Of a stretch of DNA of 64,000 nt, positions 33,342 through 43,220 are shown piece by piece. The DNA is taken from contig JBJBDC010000001.1 in assembly GCA_047285535.1 (NCBI GenBank), positions 2,176,136 to 2,240,135 of the forward strand. The letters are read 5' to 3'. Source of the stretch: Synechococcus sp. (lineage in GTDB: Bacteria > Cyanobacteriota > Cyanobacteriia > PCC-6307 > Cyanobiaceae). The position numbers and the translations under genes were made by a program. How positions within the stretch are numbered: position 1 is the stretch's first letter; each line of letters begins with the position of its first letter. The notes below the pieces were generated by a model that saw only the letters and a program-made list of their open reading frames with translations, was not told the DNA's origin and ran no database searches.

Positions 33342-33415
33342 TCAATCGATTTCAAACCCAACCAGTGTTGAAAACTAATGACAAAAATCAACAAGTAACT
33401 CCATGTTTCCATTAA
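33275..33415 (+). pseudogene. purT: Truncated 5' fragment of purT (22 codons) fused to unrelated sequence
   Basis: MTNFPKTLMLLGSGELGKEVAI then unrelated VNRFQTQ...FH*. Confidence 0.85.
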
Positions 33416-33489
33416 AAAATTCAGCTACCAATAAGCCATAAAGGCACCATTGAAATATTATGCTACGATGAGAAAAATTAATTCGAAGA

Positions 33490-34311
33490 GTGGTTGCAAG
33501 ATTTATCTCTAAAGCACTGGTCACTTCATTTTTATTTGGCTTAAGTGCCCATGCTTCACCTAAGCACGAAGCAAAAGATTTTTCTACAGATAGTTTTCCA
33601 AAATGGCACTACAACATTAACTCAAACTCATCAATTTCAGATTTTAAAACTTCTAATCCCATCATCTCAACGTCAGCTGATTCAGAACCAACAGATAGAA
33701 CAACCAAAAAGATCAAACCCAAAAACGCTATTGAAATCAAATATGGAATGTATTCATCTGGATTTTGGTTTCCAATACAACCTCAAAATGGGATCAGCAA
33801 TTGGGAATACAATAGTTGCAACTCGTTCTTCTTCTGTAGCGAAGACGGTTTATATGGAGGCAATGTAGAGCTAAAATATATACGTAGATTAGCTTCTTCC
33901 GGACGCCATCATCTTGATTTAGATGCGTCTGCAAGTTTAGGCTGGCAATCCCCTCAGATTGAACAAAGTGATTCTTTAAACAAAGAATTTTTAGTCGCCA
34001 GGACGGGAGGTAATAGGCAGTTTTTTGGAACATTTAGCTTGATTCCAACATATCGCTTCAATGTTAATAAATGGTTGGGGTTAGGGATTGGTACCGGAAT
34101 TAATTATGCAACTGACATACCAGACGACATTGGAGGAAATCAGTTGAATGCGGCAGCGAATTTTGAAATTGCCGTTAAACCATCGTCTTCTAACGATCTT
34201 GAGTTGACCTTTGCATTCCAACATCGCTGTGCTTTTTTCGGAACCTTGAACGAAGATGGTGAAATCACTGGATCTAATTGGTATGCATTGGGAGTAAGAA
34301 CATGGTTCTAA
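33490..34311 (+). CDS. Outer-membrane beta-barrel protein, possibly PagL-like (lipid A deacylase) family
   Basis: Signal peptide ending SAHA; amphipathic strands (LGLGIGTGINY, FEIAV, LTFAFQH); C-terminal ...LGVRTWF; AT-rich codon usage. Confidence 0.65.
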   Translation: MVARFISKALVTSFLFGLSAHASPKHEAKDFSTDSFPKWHYNINSNSSISDFKTSNPIISTSADSEPTDRTTKKIKPKNAIEIKYGMYSSGFWFPIQPQNGISNWEYNSCNSFFFCSEDGLYGGNVELKYIRRLASSGRHHLDLDASASLGWQSPQIEQSDSLNKEFLVARTGGNRQFFGTFSLIPTYRFNVNKWLGLGIGTGINYATDIPDDIGGNQLNAAANFEIAVKPSSSNDLELTFAFQHRCAFFGTLNEDGEITGSNWYALGVRTWF

Positions 34312-34678
34312 ATACCATAAAACTACTGCTTCCATTAAATTCCGAATTCAAATAAAAGCAACTCTTTAATACCATCTAATTTCGCTAAACCAAGCTTTCG
34401 ACTAAACCCCTTAACAATGTCCTTTTTAAAGTAAAGAGTAAATCACACGCAAATCAGTAAACCAATAAAAAATTTAACCCCACTTTTGATCACAGTACAT
34501 TCATGCAATGCAAAAACTCTCAAGCAAATACAAAATAATCACAAACACAAGCCCTCAATAATCAGTTCAACTCATCAATACCATTAGATCATCCGCATAT
34601 CACTATGCCAAATCTTGTTCTCCTCTTAATCAAGTAAAGTTTTGAAGAAAAAGCCGAAGAGAATCATTATTTCTCTTC

Positions 34679-34986
34679 AAGAAGCCAGCCTCACAAGCGA
34701 CTATGCAAGCCTTGAAGCCATGGCCTCCCGCTTTGAAGAAGCCGCAAGTTTGATGCGCCGAATGGCACAACAGGGGTTTAAACTCAACACTCAAGGCCGT
34801 CAACAACGCATCACCCATAGCGATTCAGAGGTGTTCGAGTCTTGGGGGTTTATCAATGAGGAATCAGCCTTCCGACAACTCACCTTGATCAGCGATCCAA
34901 CCTTTGGATCTCCTTCAAACTCATCAGCCGCGACGGAATTCGCCGATCAACCACACCAAGACAAAAGCCAAGGACGACACACCTAA
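34679..34986 (+). pseudogene. 5'-truncated duplicate of the 32804-33130 hypothetical gene
   Basis: Lacks the native start MSYFTW; four non-synonymous G/A differences versus copy 1. Confidence 0.7.
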
Positions 34987-35197
34987 ATACACCAAAACCC
35001 ATTTCTGAATAGTCGCAATCTCCCAGCCGAACAGCAACCCATTGGCGGCATCTCCAGCCGTTGTGAACGCAAGTGGCAAAAGCATGAGGACTAAGCGAGA
35101 AGATCAAGCCATGCTGCCTTGAAACTTGCCATGACGAACTTCCCAAAAACACTGATGCTTCTCGGCAGCGGTGAACTGGGCAAAGAAGTAGCGATCG
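34679..35197 (+). repeat. 519-bp direct repeat, copy 2
   Basis: Matches 32823-33341. Confidence 0.95.
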
Positions 35198-36300
35198 CAG
35201 CCCAGAGACTTGGTTGTCAAGTCATCGCCTGCGACCGTTATGCAGGGGCACCAGCCATGCAGGTGGCTGATCAAGCTGAAGTGCTCACAATGACCGATCC
35301 AAATGCCCTGAAGGCTGTTGTCACCAAGCATCAACCTGATGTAGTGATCCCAGAAATTGAGGCGCTGGCTGTCGATGCCCTTCAAGAACTTGAAGATGAC
35401 GGCATCCAAGTGATTCCCACCGCAAGAGCGACAGCGGTGACGATGAATCGGGATCGGATTCGGAACCTGGCTGCTGGTGAGCTGGGTCTACGCACCGCCC
35501 GCTTTGCCTATGCCACTGATGCACAGGAACTCCATCGCGCCGCCAAACCGTTGGGTTGGCCTGTAGTCGTGAAACCTGTGATGAGTTCATCCGGGAAAGG
35601 TCAAAGCGTGGTCCATCGCGCCGCCGATTTAGATCAGGCCTGGGAGCAAGCCATGGCTGGATCCAGAGGAAGCTCCGAGCAAGTAATCGTGGAAGAATTT
35701 CTGCATTTCGATCTAGAAATCACCCTGCTCACCATCCGTCAACACGATGGAAGCACGTTGTTCTGCGCACCGATCGGTCATGAGCAAACCAACGGGGACT
35801 ACCAGTGCAGTTGGCAGCCGGCCCAGATCTCTGAAGACCAACTGCACCAGGCTCAGACGATGGCACAAGCAGTGACAAACAACCTGGGCGGTACTGGTCT
35901 CTTTGGCGTGGAATTCTTTCTGTGCGGCGATGAGGTGGTGTTTTCCGAGCTCTCTCCAAGACCGCACGACACCGGTCTTGTAACGCTGATCAGTCAAAAC
36001 CTGAGCGAATTTGACTTACATCTGCGAGCCGTACTCGGACTACCCATTCCCGCCATCACTACTACCAATGCAGCGGCTAGCCGGGTGATTCTGGCTGATA
36101 GTCAAGGAAACCAAGTGCAATTCAGGGGAGTTGAACAAGCCCTGAGGGAACCCGATACCAAGCTATTGCTGTTCGGGAAGAGGGAGGCCAGGCCAGGGCG
36201 GCGAATGGGGGTTGCATTAGCCCTTGGCAACAACATCAATGATGCCCAAGCCAAGGCAAATCGATCCGCAGCAGCCGTCGAGGTTCAGGTCAAAAATTAG
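35131..36300 (+). CDS. purT: Formate-dependent phosphoribosylglycinamide formyltransferase
   Basis: LLGSGELGKE, PEIEA, KPVMSSSGKGQS, SELSPRPHDTG, RRMGVALA. Confidence 0.97.
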   Translation: MTNFPKTLMLLGSGELGKEVAIAAQRLGCQVIACDRYAGAPAMQVADQAEVLTMTDPNALKAVVTKHQPDVVIPEIEALAVDALQELEDDGIQVIPTARATAVTMNRDRIRNLAAGELGLRTARFAYATDAQELHRAAKPLGWPVVVKPVMSSSGKGQSVVHRAADLDQAWEQAMAGSRGSSEQVIVEEFLHFDLEITLLTIRQHDGSTLFCAPIGHEQTNGDYQCSWQPAQISEDQLHQAQTMAQAVTNNLGGTGLFGVEFFLCGDEVVFSELSPRPHDTGLVTLISQNLSEFDLHLRAVLGLPIPAITTTNAAASRVILADSQGNQVQFRGVEQALREPDTKLLLFGKREARPGRRMGVALALGNNINDAQAKANRSAAAVEVQVKN

Positions 36301-38444
36301 TTATGCCGTACTCGTCCACCCAAGAATCGGTAGTGCTGGATACCTTCCAGCACACCAGGCAATTGAGGTCGACTCGAAAAGTAAACACGCTGTTGCTGAC
36401 GAAAATCCTCTAAACAAGGATCGTGATCAGCCAAGACAACCGTGGCGGGTCGACCGCAAACCAACTCTCCATCCCCCTGCTGACTGGCTACCACAAGCAT
36501 CTGTTCCAACGGAAGTCCCCAGCGCAGAGCCAGGAAACGAATGGCTTCACTACGGGATGCCCTCAATGGCAGAACGTCAATAAACCAATGGCAGCGGAGC
36601 TGAGGACGAGCTACCTGACGACGTTGACGGAGTCGTTGACGGATCAAGGGAAGGATCTCATCTCCAACCTCTCGAATCGTGTAGCTCAGCTTGAAGGGAC
36701 CTTGATGCTCCAATCGCTGTAATTCAATGTGGTCTGTGAGGTCAGCGAGAGCCTCTTCAACACCCGAACGATCCCAATCCACACCGATCTGGGCCGACCA
36801 CAACCGATCAGCCTCGCTCTCTTGGCCATAGTGAATCGCTGTACCAGCTCCTGTGATCCAGACCTTTGGTTCAGGTAAAAGAAGTTCCGCAAATCGTTGC
36901 CGAGCAGCAGGCAACGACCGACCGGTCAGGATTCCTAATCCACACTGATCAAGTTGCTCGCGCAATGCCCTGAGCGCATCACCATCGGGCTCCTCCAAAC
37001 TGCTGTCGAGATCGAGTAAGAGCAAACGATCACCCAAAGGCTGGATCCCTTTGCTGGATGCGGACTGACTGGATGACAACACAGTTGGATTGGGGGCTGA
37101 CATCAGCCGCTCCTGCATCAACGCCAGATAGCGGCATACATGGGCATCCCAACTGAAATGACGACTGACCGCCTCCACACCGTTATCACTCCAACGGGTC
37201 CAGCGCTGATGATCTGAACCTGCACACTCCAATGCATCTTGAAGGGCTTCACGATCTGTTACATCGACAAGCAAACCGTTGTCACAGCGAGCAAGGATGT
37301 CCCTTGGACCTCCATCATCGGTCGCCACCATCGGCAGTCCGCAAGCCGCAGCTTCTAACAACGTGAGACCAAACGGTTCTGTAAGAGCAGGATTCACAAA
37401 CAAACCTCGGCGCTCCGCAGCCCAGCGATAAATGACCGGAATCTGATCACGACGATGCTGCTTGGGATAGGCAATGTGGCCGTAGAGGTTGTAACGATCA
37501 ACAAGATCAAACACCTGCTGAAACACATCTCGCTGCTGTTTCTCCATCTGCCTGGGATCGTCCCTACAACCGAGCACAAGCACCAAATTGTGACGCTGCC
37601 TTAAGACAGCAGAACGACCAAAAGCCTCAACCAGGGCAGGAATATTTTTGCGACGAACAGCTCTAGAAATCGCCAGCAACGGGGGCAACGCGGGCTGACG
37701 CAAAAAAGGAGTCAAGAGGGTCTCAACCTGATTGATCTCAGATGCTTCTGAGCCAGGGTGAAACCGGCGAGAATCCACACCAGGAGGCACGACCTGAGCG
37801 CGATCAGCACAGAACCTGCCGTAACGAGAATATTGCTGATCACATTCCTGACGCGTACTCGTGATGACCAGCTCGGCATGGGCGAGAGCTAATTCCTCCG
37901 CATCAATACGACGGCTAATGGAATACGTCTGCTCGATCTGCTGATGGTCTCCTCCTCCAGCTAACAGACGACGCTGTTTCTCACGACCAAGCGAATGTCC
38001 CGTAAACACCAAGGGGATCCCCAGACGACGACTCAGCAGAGCCCCGACATAACCGGCATCGGCGTAATGGGCGTGAATCCAGTCGGGTCGATGCTCAGGC
38101 TTCTGAAGGTGGACCACAAGCTGATCGGCCAGATCCTCGAGATAGGGCCAGAGCAACTCCTTACGCAAATAGCGCTTTGGGCCGAAGGCAAAACGCTGAA
38201 TAGCAGCACCAGCCGCAATGGCCTCCATGGGCTGTGCGTAATCGGCCGACACCCGTCTGTCCTGAATTAAACGAGTCACTACATCCACTCGCTCCACTTC
38301 GGCCCTAGCCGCAAGGCTGCGGACCAATTCGAGCACGTAAAGAGTTTGACCACCGGTATCAGCATCCCGTCCCAGTTCCAAATCATGGGAGCGGAGCAGT
38401 CCGTGAAGATGGAGATGGAGAAGCCGAAAACCCACAATCAACAT
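36297..38444 (-). CDS. spsA: Sucrose-phosphate synthase (GT-B domain plus C-terminal HAD/SPP-like domain)
   Basis: ELGRDADTGGQ, HAHYADAG, TGHSLG, EPFGLTLLEAAACGLP; HAD-like LDLDSSL. Confidence 0.92.
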   Translation of the reverse strand: MLIVGFRLLHLHLHGLLRSHDLELGRDADTGGQTLYVLELVRSLAARAEVERVDVVTRLIQDRRVSADYAQPMEAIAAGAAIQRFAFGPKRYLRKELLWPYLEDLADQLVVHLQKPEHRPDWIHAHYADAGYVGALLSRRLGIPLVFTGHSLGREKQRRLLAGGGDHQQIEQTYSISRRIDAEELALAHAELVITSTRQECDQQYSRYGRFCADRAQVVPPGVDSRRFHPGSEASEINQVETLLTPFLRQPALPPLLAISRAVRRKNIPALVEAFGRSAVLRQRHNLVLVLGCRDDPRQMEKQQRDVFQQVFDLVDRYNLYGHIAYPKQHRRDQIPVIYRWAAERRGLFVNPALTEPFGLTLLEAAACGLPMVATDDGGPRDILARCDNGLLVDVTDREALQDALECAGSDHQRWTRWSDNGVEAVSRHFSWDAHVCRYLALMQERLMSAPNPTVLSSSQSASSKGIQPLGDRLLLLDLDSSLEEPDGDALRALREQLDQCGLGILTGRSLPAARQRFAELLLPEPKVWITGAGTAIHYGQESEADRLWSAQIGVDWDRSGVEEALADLTDHIELQRLEHQGPFKLSYTIREVGDEILPLIRQRLRQRRQVARPQLRCHWFIDVLPLRASRSEAIRFLALRWGLPLEQMLVVASQQGDGELVCGRPATVVLADHDPCLEDFRQQQRVYFSSRPQLPGVLEGIQHYRFLGGRVRHN

Positions 38445-38675
38445 TCAACAGAACAAGACATCAGGTGCATGCCTTGATTAGTAATTAAGTCGTTCAAACA
38501 AATCAAAAGTTGAAGACATCCTTATAAATCAGCAACTTCAAACGCTTAATTTTGCTAAAAAACCAGTCTGAGCCAGTTTCTTAAGCCCTTGAAAACGGCT
38601 CAATCCAATCTCAATCTGATGATGAAATGCAACGGAAACGGATAGGTTCGTTCCGATTCATTAAGTGAAGAGACC

Positions 38676-40190
38676 TCAGAACTGACTGGTCACATCCACC
38701 AAAGGTATCGAGCTATTACCCCAACCTCCTCCACTGAAGGTATGAGGGGACGGAACAGACAGCTGTTCATTGATCCAAGCCAAAATCAATGCCCCGAGAA
38801 TCGGAGGTTCCTTTTGGTCTGCAGGAGCCCAAAGATTGAAGTGACTTCCACCCGAAGCCAGCACAAGGCGATGACCATTCTCCAGAGGCTTTCCTTCCCT
38901 AAATGGCACCACTGCCTCAGGCCCCGAAGGAACAACCCAATCTTTAGTGCCACTCACGAACAACACCTTCGCCTGCAGAGAAGGACCGCTCGACTCATCA
39001 AAAAGAAGCCTCATGGGTGGACTTACAACTACTGCTGCTTTCACACGAGGATCAGCCAGCGATCCCTGATCAGCACCTGACAACCAGCTGCACTGCAAAA
39101 CCCAACTAAGATTTCGATCTGGATCAAGAAGATCCTTACAACGCGTTTTTAGCTTCTTGGTAGTGGTTTTTAAACCACTCAATTGCAACGCCGCCGTGGC
39201 ACCCCATGAATGCCCCACCACCGCGACGTCATCTGTATTCAATTGTTGGCCAGACAAGAAGGTGCCGGATTCGATGCCATTCAGAAGAGCGCTGACATCA
39301 AGAGGACGAAAACGCAGCTCCTTAGCGCTTGGCGGAGGTGCAACTCCGCTCAATAATTCCTTTTGCTGCTCAGAATCACTCCCTGGATGACGTGGCAGAA
39401 GCACCGTGTAGCCATTGGCTGCCAACAATCGACCCCAACCTTCAAAACTGGCAGGTTGATCCCACAACCCATGGGAGATCACCACAAGCCTTTGATTAGA
39501 TGATCGCTTCGGCTTCAAAATCGTGACATCAAGGGGTTGCGTTCGATGTGGCACCGAAAAACGCATCTGAGAACGAGTCCATCCGGACCCACCAGATTCA
39601 GCAACAGAATCTGATGCAGGAGTCATGGCTGTTCCAGCCTTAACTAGCAGGCGAGCATCGACCTGCTGAGCCCGAAGGCGTTTCGCGTTATAAGCCAAGG
39701 CCTGAAAATCTATCGATAACGATTCACCGGGAAGGCGACGAAACAAACCAAGCAAATTGGGCTCTCCATCCCGATAAGTGGCATCAAGAGCATCAGCCAA
39801 GCTGTGACCACTGGTATCGGGTGGCAAGCCGTCCACCTTCACCAACTGAGACGCCGAGAGCAAGGCCTGCTCAAACAATGGATTATCTACTGATTGCTCT
39901 AAAATCCCGGAAGTCTGCTTAGGGAATGGGGCTGTAAGGAACTCACCAAGAAGGCGAGAAACAGAGCCATTTCCAGCTCGATCTAATTCTTGAAGATCAG
40001 GATTGGATGCAATCAATGCCTCAGCTGTACTTGCATCTTTCAAGTTGAGAGAAAACTGTGTCTGTAACAATGGCAAATTAATCAGGAGTCGTTCGACCGC
40101 TGAAACTGGTCTCGCAAAGGAAACACTCAAGAAAGACGCCAGTGCAACACTACGAATTCCAGAAAAACATCGACTAAAAAAAAGAGTCAT
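38676..40190 (-). CDS. Alpha/beta hydrolase (dienelactone-hydrolase-like) with N-terminal signal
   Basis: VVISHGLW, HPGSD, RPLDVS, GHSWG nucleophile elbow, GGSHF. Confidence 0.85.
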   Translation of the reverse strand: MTLFFSRCFSGIRSVALASFLSVSFARPVSAVERLLINLPLLQTQFSLNLKDASTAEALIASNPDLQELDRAGNGSVSRLLGEFLTAPFPKQTSGILEQSVDNPLFEQALLSASQLVKVDGLPPDTSGHSLADALDATYRDGEPNLLGLFRRLPGESLSIDFQALAYNAKRLRAQQVDARLLVKAGTAMTPASDSVAESGGSGWTRSQMRFSVPHRTQPLDVTILKPKRSSNQRLVVISHGLWDQPASFEGWGRLLAANGYTVLLPRHPGSDSEQQKELLSGVAPPPSAKELRFRPLDVSALLNGIESGTFLSGQQLNTDDVAVVGHSWGATAALQLSGLKTTTKKLKTRCKDLLDPDRNLSWVLQCSWLSGADQGSLADPRVKAAVVVSPPMRLLFDESSGPSLQAKVLFVSGTKDWVVPSGPEAVVPFREGKPLENGHRLVLASGGSHFNLWAPADQKEPPILGALILAWINEQLSVPSPHTFSGGGWGNSSIPLVDVTSQF

Positions 40191-43100
40191 GCCGCCACCT
40201 CAATGAATTCAGGTGATGCAGGGGGATGTTGCTTTAAAACTTGCTTGAGATAAAAACCAGTGTGGCTTGATTCATGCTGCGCGACATCCTCAGGAGTACC
40301 AGTGACAACAATCTGACCTCCCTTATCACCACCCTCAGGCCCTAAATCAATGATCCAATCAGAACAACGAATCACATCAAGATTGTGTTCAATGCAGATT
40401 ACAGAGTTTCCTTTATCAACAAGCCGCTGCATTACATCCATCAATTTATGAACGTCATAAAAGCTGAGTCCAGTGGTTGGTTCATCAATTAAATAAAGCG
40501 TTTTACCCGTAGCCCGTTTCGATAATTCTGTGGCAAGTTTGACGCGCTGAGCTTCACCTCCAGAGAGTGTGGGAGCTGGCTGGCCAAGCTTCACGTATCC
40601 AAGACCCACATCAACCAAAGTATTTAAACGATCAGCTGCCTGTGGAATAGCAGAAAACACATCGGCTGCCTGCTCCACGGTCATTTGAAGTACATCGGCA
40701 ATGGTGTGGCCTTTGTATGTCACCTGAAGAGTTTCGCGATTAAACCGAGCTCCTTTACAGACATCACATTGCACATATACATCAGGTAAAAAATTCATTT
40801 CAATCACATTGACACCCTGACCTCGGCAGGCCTCACATCGACCACCCTTCACGTTGAAACTGAACTGTCCTACCTGATAACCACGGGCCTTGGCCTCCAC
40901 CGTTGCCGCAAAAACCTGACGTATGGGATCAAACGCTCCTGTATAGGTAGCGGGATTCGAACGAGGTGTGCGACCAATCGGAGATTGATCAATCACGATC
41001 ACCTTGTCGATGGACTTGAGCCCACGGAGTTCTCCCAACCCTTGTGGGAAGGGCACCTTGTGACCCAGCCCATGCTCCAGGGCTGGATGTAGAAGTTCAT
41101 TGACCAACGTGCTCTTGCCGCTTCCACTCACACCAGTGACTGATACCAGTCGGCCTAGAGGAAATTCAACATTCAACCCATCAAGATTATTGCGTACACA
41201 ATTCAGCAATTTCAAACAGCGGCTGCCGACATTGCGCCGCTCTGAAGGAGTCGGAATGCTCCTCCGACGACTTAAATAAGCACCAGTTAACGAATCTTTA
41301 GCGCTCAAAACATCATCAATCGATCCCTCCGCAACAATGTGACCACCATGCACTCCGGCTCCAGGACCAATATCCACAAGATGATCAGCAGCGCGGATCG
41401 TATCTTCATCATGCTCAACCACTACCAAGGTGTTGCCTAGATCACGCAAACGCTCAAGTGTGGCCAAAAGACGATCATTGTCTCGTTGATGCAAACCGAT
41501 GCTGGGTTCATCAAGCACATAAAGGACACCTGTCAGACCAGCACCAATTTGGGTTGCAAGACGAATTCGCTGCGCCTCACCACCTGAAAGCGTCATCGCT
41601 GGTCGATCCAAACTCAAATAATCCAAGCCCACGTCAAGGAGAAATCGCAGACGCATCCGGATCTCTCTCAATACAAGATCTCCGATCTGAATCTGGCGAG
41701 AATTGAGTAAAGGATCAGACCCTTCATGGATTCCCACACCCATCAAGCGCTCAATCCGTTCAAGAGTCTGTCCCACGCTGACTGCTGTCAGTTCTGTAAT
41801 CCGAAATGGACCAACTTTCACCGCAAGGGCTTCTGGCCGCAAGCGCAGACCAGCACAACTCTCACAGGGAACCAACTCAAGATATTTTTCTAGCTTCTGT
41901 CTCTGCGCTTCACCACTAACGTCCCGCAGCTGACGCTCAAGAATCGGCAATATGCCTTCAAAAGGGCGATGAACACCTGAGCTTTTGCGATAACGGCTAT
42001 CAGCCTGAATTAAAATCGGCTCACGACTGCCATTAAGAAGAACATCTCTTTGTTTATCAGTAAGATCTTTCCAAGGCGTCTTAATTTCAAATCCGAAAGC
42101 TTCACCAACGGAATAAAGCAATGAAAAATAATAGGAATTATCCTTTTCAGCCCATGGAGCAACTGCCGCATAGACGGGCTGTGAAGGATCTGGAATCACC
42201 CTATCGGCTGTGAATTTTCGCAGGTAACCAATTCCGTGGCAAACCTCACAAGCACCATAAGGACTATTAAAAGAAAACAGACGAGGGGAAAGCTCCTCCA
42301 TGACCGCCCCATGAACAGGGCATGCATAATTTTCGGAATAGAGACGTTCTCTTTCCACTCCCTCAGGTAATTCCTCTCCTTTTTTAGGAACGACTTCAAT
42401 GAGAGCTAAACCGTCACCTCGTTTTAATGCTGTACGCAGAGAATCGTTAAGGCGTTCCTGAATACCCTCTCGAGCAACAAGACGGTCCACTACGACCTCA
42501 ATACTGTGCGCATGATTTTTGTCTAACTCAATATTGTCCGATAGCTCACGTACCTCACCATTGATACGAACTCGAGCAAAACCTTCAGCTGCTAATCCGC
42601 TGATCAATTTGCTGTGAGTTCCTTTTTTTCCACGAACAACTGGCGCTAAAAGTTGATAGCGAGTGGATTCGGGAAGCGTCAGAATCTGATCAACCATCTC
42701 ATCGATGGTCTGGGGTCGAATTGAACGACCACATTGAGGGCAATGAGGCTCACCGGCACGGCCAAACAAAAGACGCAGATAATCATGAATCTCAGTGACC
42801 GTGCCAACGGTGGAGCGAGGGTTATGGCTGGTGGATTTCTGATCAATCGAAATGGCTGGTGACAGCCCTTCAATGGCATCCACATCAGGTTTATCCACCT
42901 GTCCCAGAAACTGCCGGGCGTACGCCGACAGACTCTCTACGTAACGACGTTGCCCCTCTGCAAAAATCGTATCGAACGCCAATGAGCTCTTACCACTCCC
43001 ACTGACACCGGTGAACACCACCAATTTGTTGCGCGGAATCGTGACATCCACATTTTTGAGATTGTGCTGACGGGCACCTCGTACCCGAATCACTTCCTCT

Positions 43101-43195
43101 TGGGACACTCCAACCAGGTTCACAGCCTTCGCTGAAGAGGAATGATCCTGAGCGGCCGGAGCTGGACCCACCATATAAAAAATATTCAGCAGCAC
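40187..43195 (-). CDS. uvrA: Excinuclease ABC subunit A
   Basis: GARQHNLKN, two GVSGSGKS Walker A motifs, LSGGEAQR twice, zinc fingers; true start may be slightly downstream. Confidence 0.97.
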   Translation of the reverse strand: MLLNIFYMVGPAPAAQDHSSSAKAVNLVGVSQEEVIRVRGARQHNLKNVDVTIPRNKLVVFTGVSGSGKSSLAFDTIFAEGQRRYVESLSAYARQFLGQVDKPDVDAIEGLSPAISIDQKSTSHNPRSTVGTVTEIHDYLRLLFGRAGEPHCPQCGRSIRPQTIDEMVDQILTLPESTRYQLLAPVVRGKKGTHSKLISGLAAEGFARVRINGEVRELSDNIELDKNHAHSIEVVVDRLVAREGIQERLNDSLRTALKRGDGLALIEVVPKKGEELPEGVERERLYSENYACPVHGAVMEELSPRLFSFNSPYGACEVCHGIGYLRKFTADRVIPDPSQPVYAAVAPWAEKDNSYYFSLLYSVGEAFGFEIKTPWKDLTDKQRDVLLNGSREPILIQADSRYRKSSGVHRPFEGILPILERQLRDVSGEAQRQKLEKYLELVPCESCAGLRLRPEALAVKVGPFRITELTAVSVGQTLERIERLMGVGIHEGSDPLLNSRQIQIGDLVLREIRMRLRFLLDVGLDYLSLDRPAMTLSGGEAQRIRLATQIGAGLTGVLYVLDEPSIGLHQRDNDRLLATLERLRDLGNTLVVVEHDEDTIRAADHLVDIGPGAGVHGGHIVAEGSIDDVLSAKDSLTGAYLSRRRSIPTPSERRNVGSRCLKLLNCVRNNLDGLNVEFPLGRLVSVTGVSGSGKSTLVNELLHPALEHGLGHKVPFPQGLGELRGLKSIDKVIVIDQSPIGRTPRSNPATYTGAFDPIRQVFAATVEAKARGYQVGQFSFNVKGGRCEACRGQGVNVIEMNFLPDVYVQCDVCKGARFNRETLQVTYKGHTIADVLQMTVEQAADVFSAIPQAADRLNTLVDVGLGYVKLGQPAPTLSGGEAQRVKLATELSKRATGKTLYLIDEPTTGLSFYDVHKLMDVMQRLVDKGNSVICIEHNLDVIRCSDWIIDLGPEGGDKGGQIVVTGTPEDVAQHESSHTGFYLKQVLKQHPPASPEFIEVAA

Positions 43196-43220
43196 AGGAG
43201 TCTAGAGAGACTGGTGTTAT

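Noticed and set aside
34642..34986. 114-aa ORF as a genuine second gene
   Set aside because: Its N-terminus (TTG start, KKKPKRIIISLQ) comes from the AT-rich insert; the rest is a truncated duplicate
32823..35197. Prophage, IS or integron explanation for the direct repeats
   Set aside because: No integrase, transposase, tRNA target, terminal inverted repeats or attC-like site seen; the repeat is 519 bp of core-gene sequence
36297..37020. Degenerate HAD motif (DLDSS) in the SPS C-terminal domain as a novelty
   Set aside because: Bidomain SPS proteins with a degenerate SPP-like domain are already known in cyanobacteria
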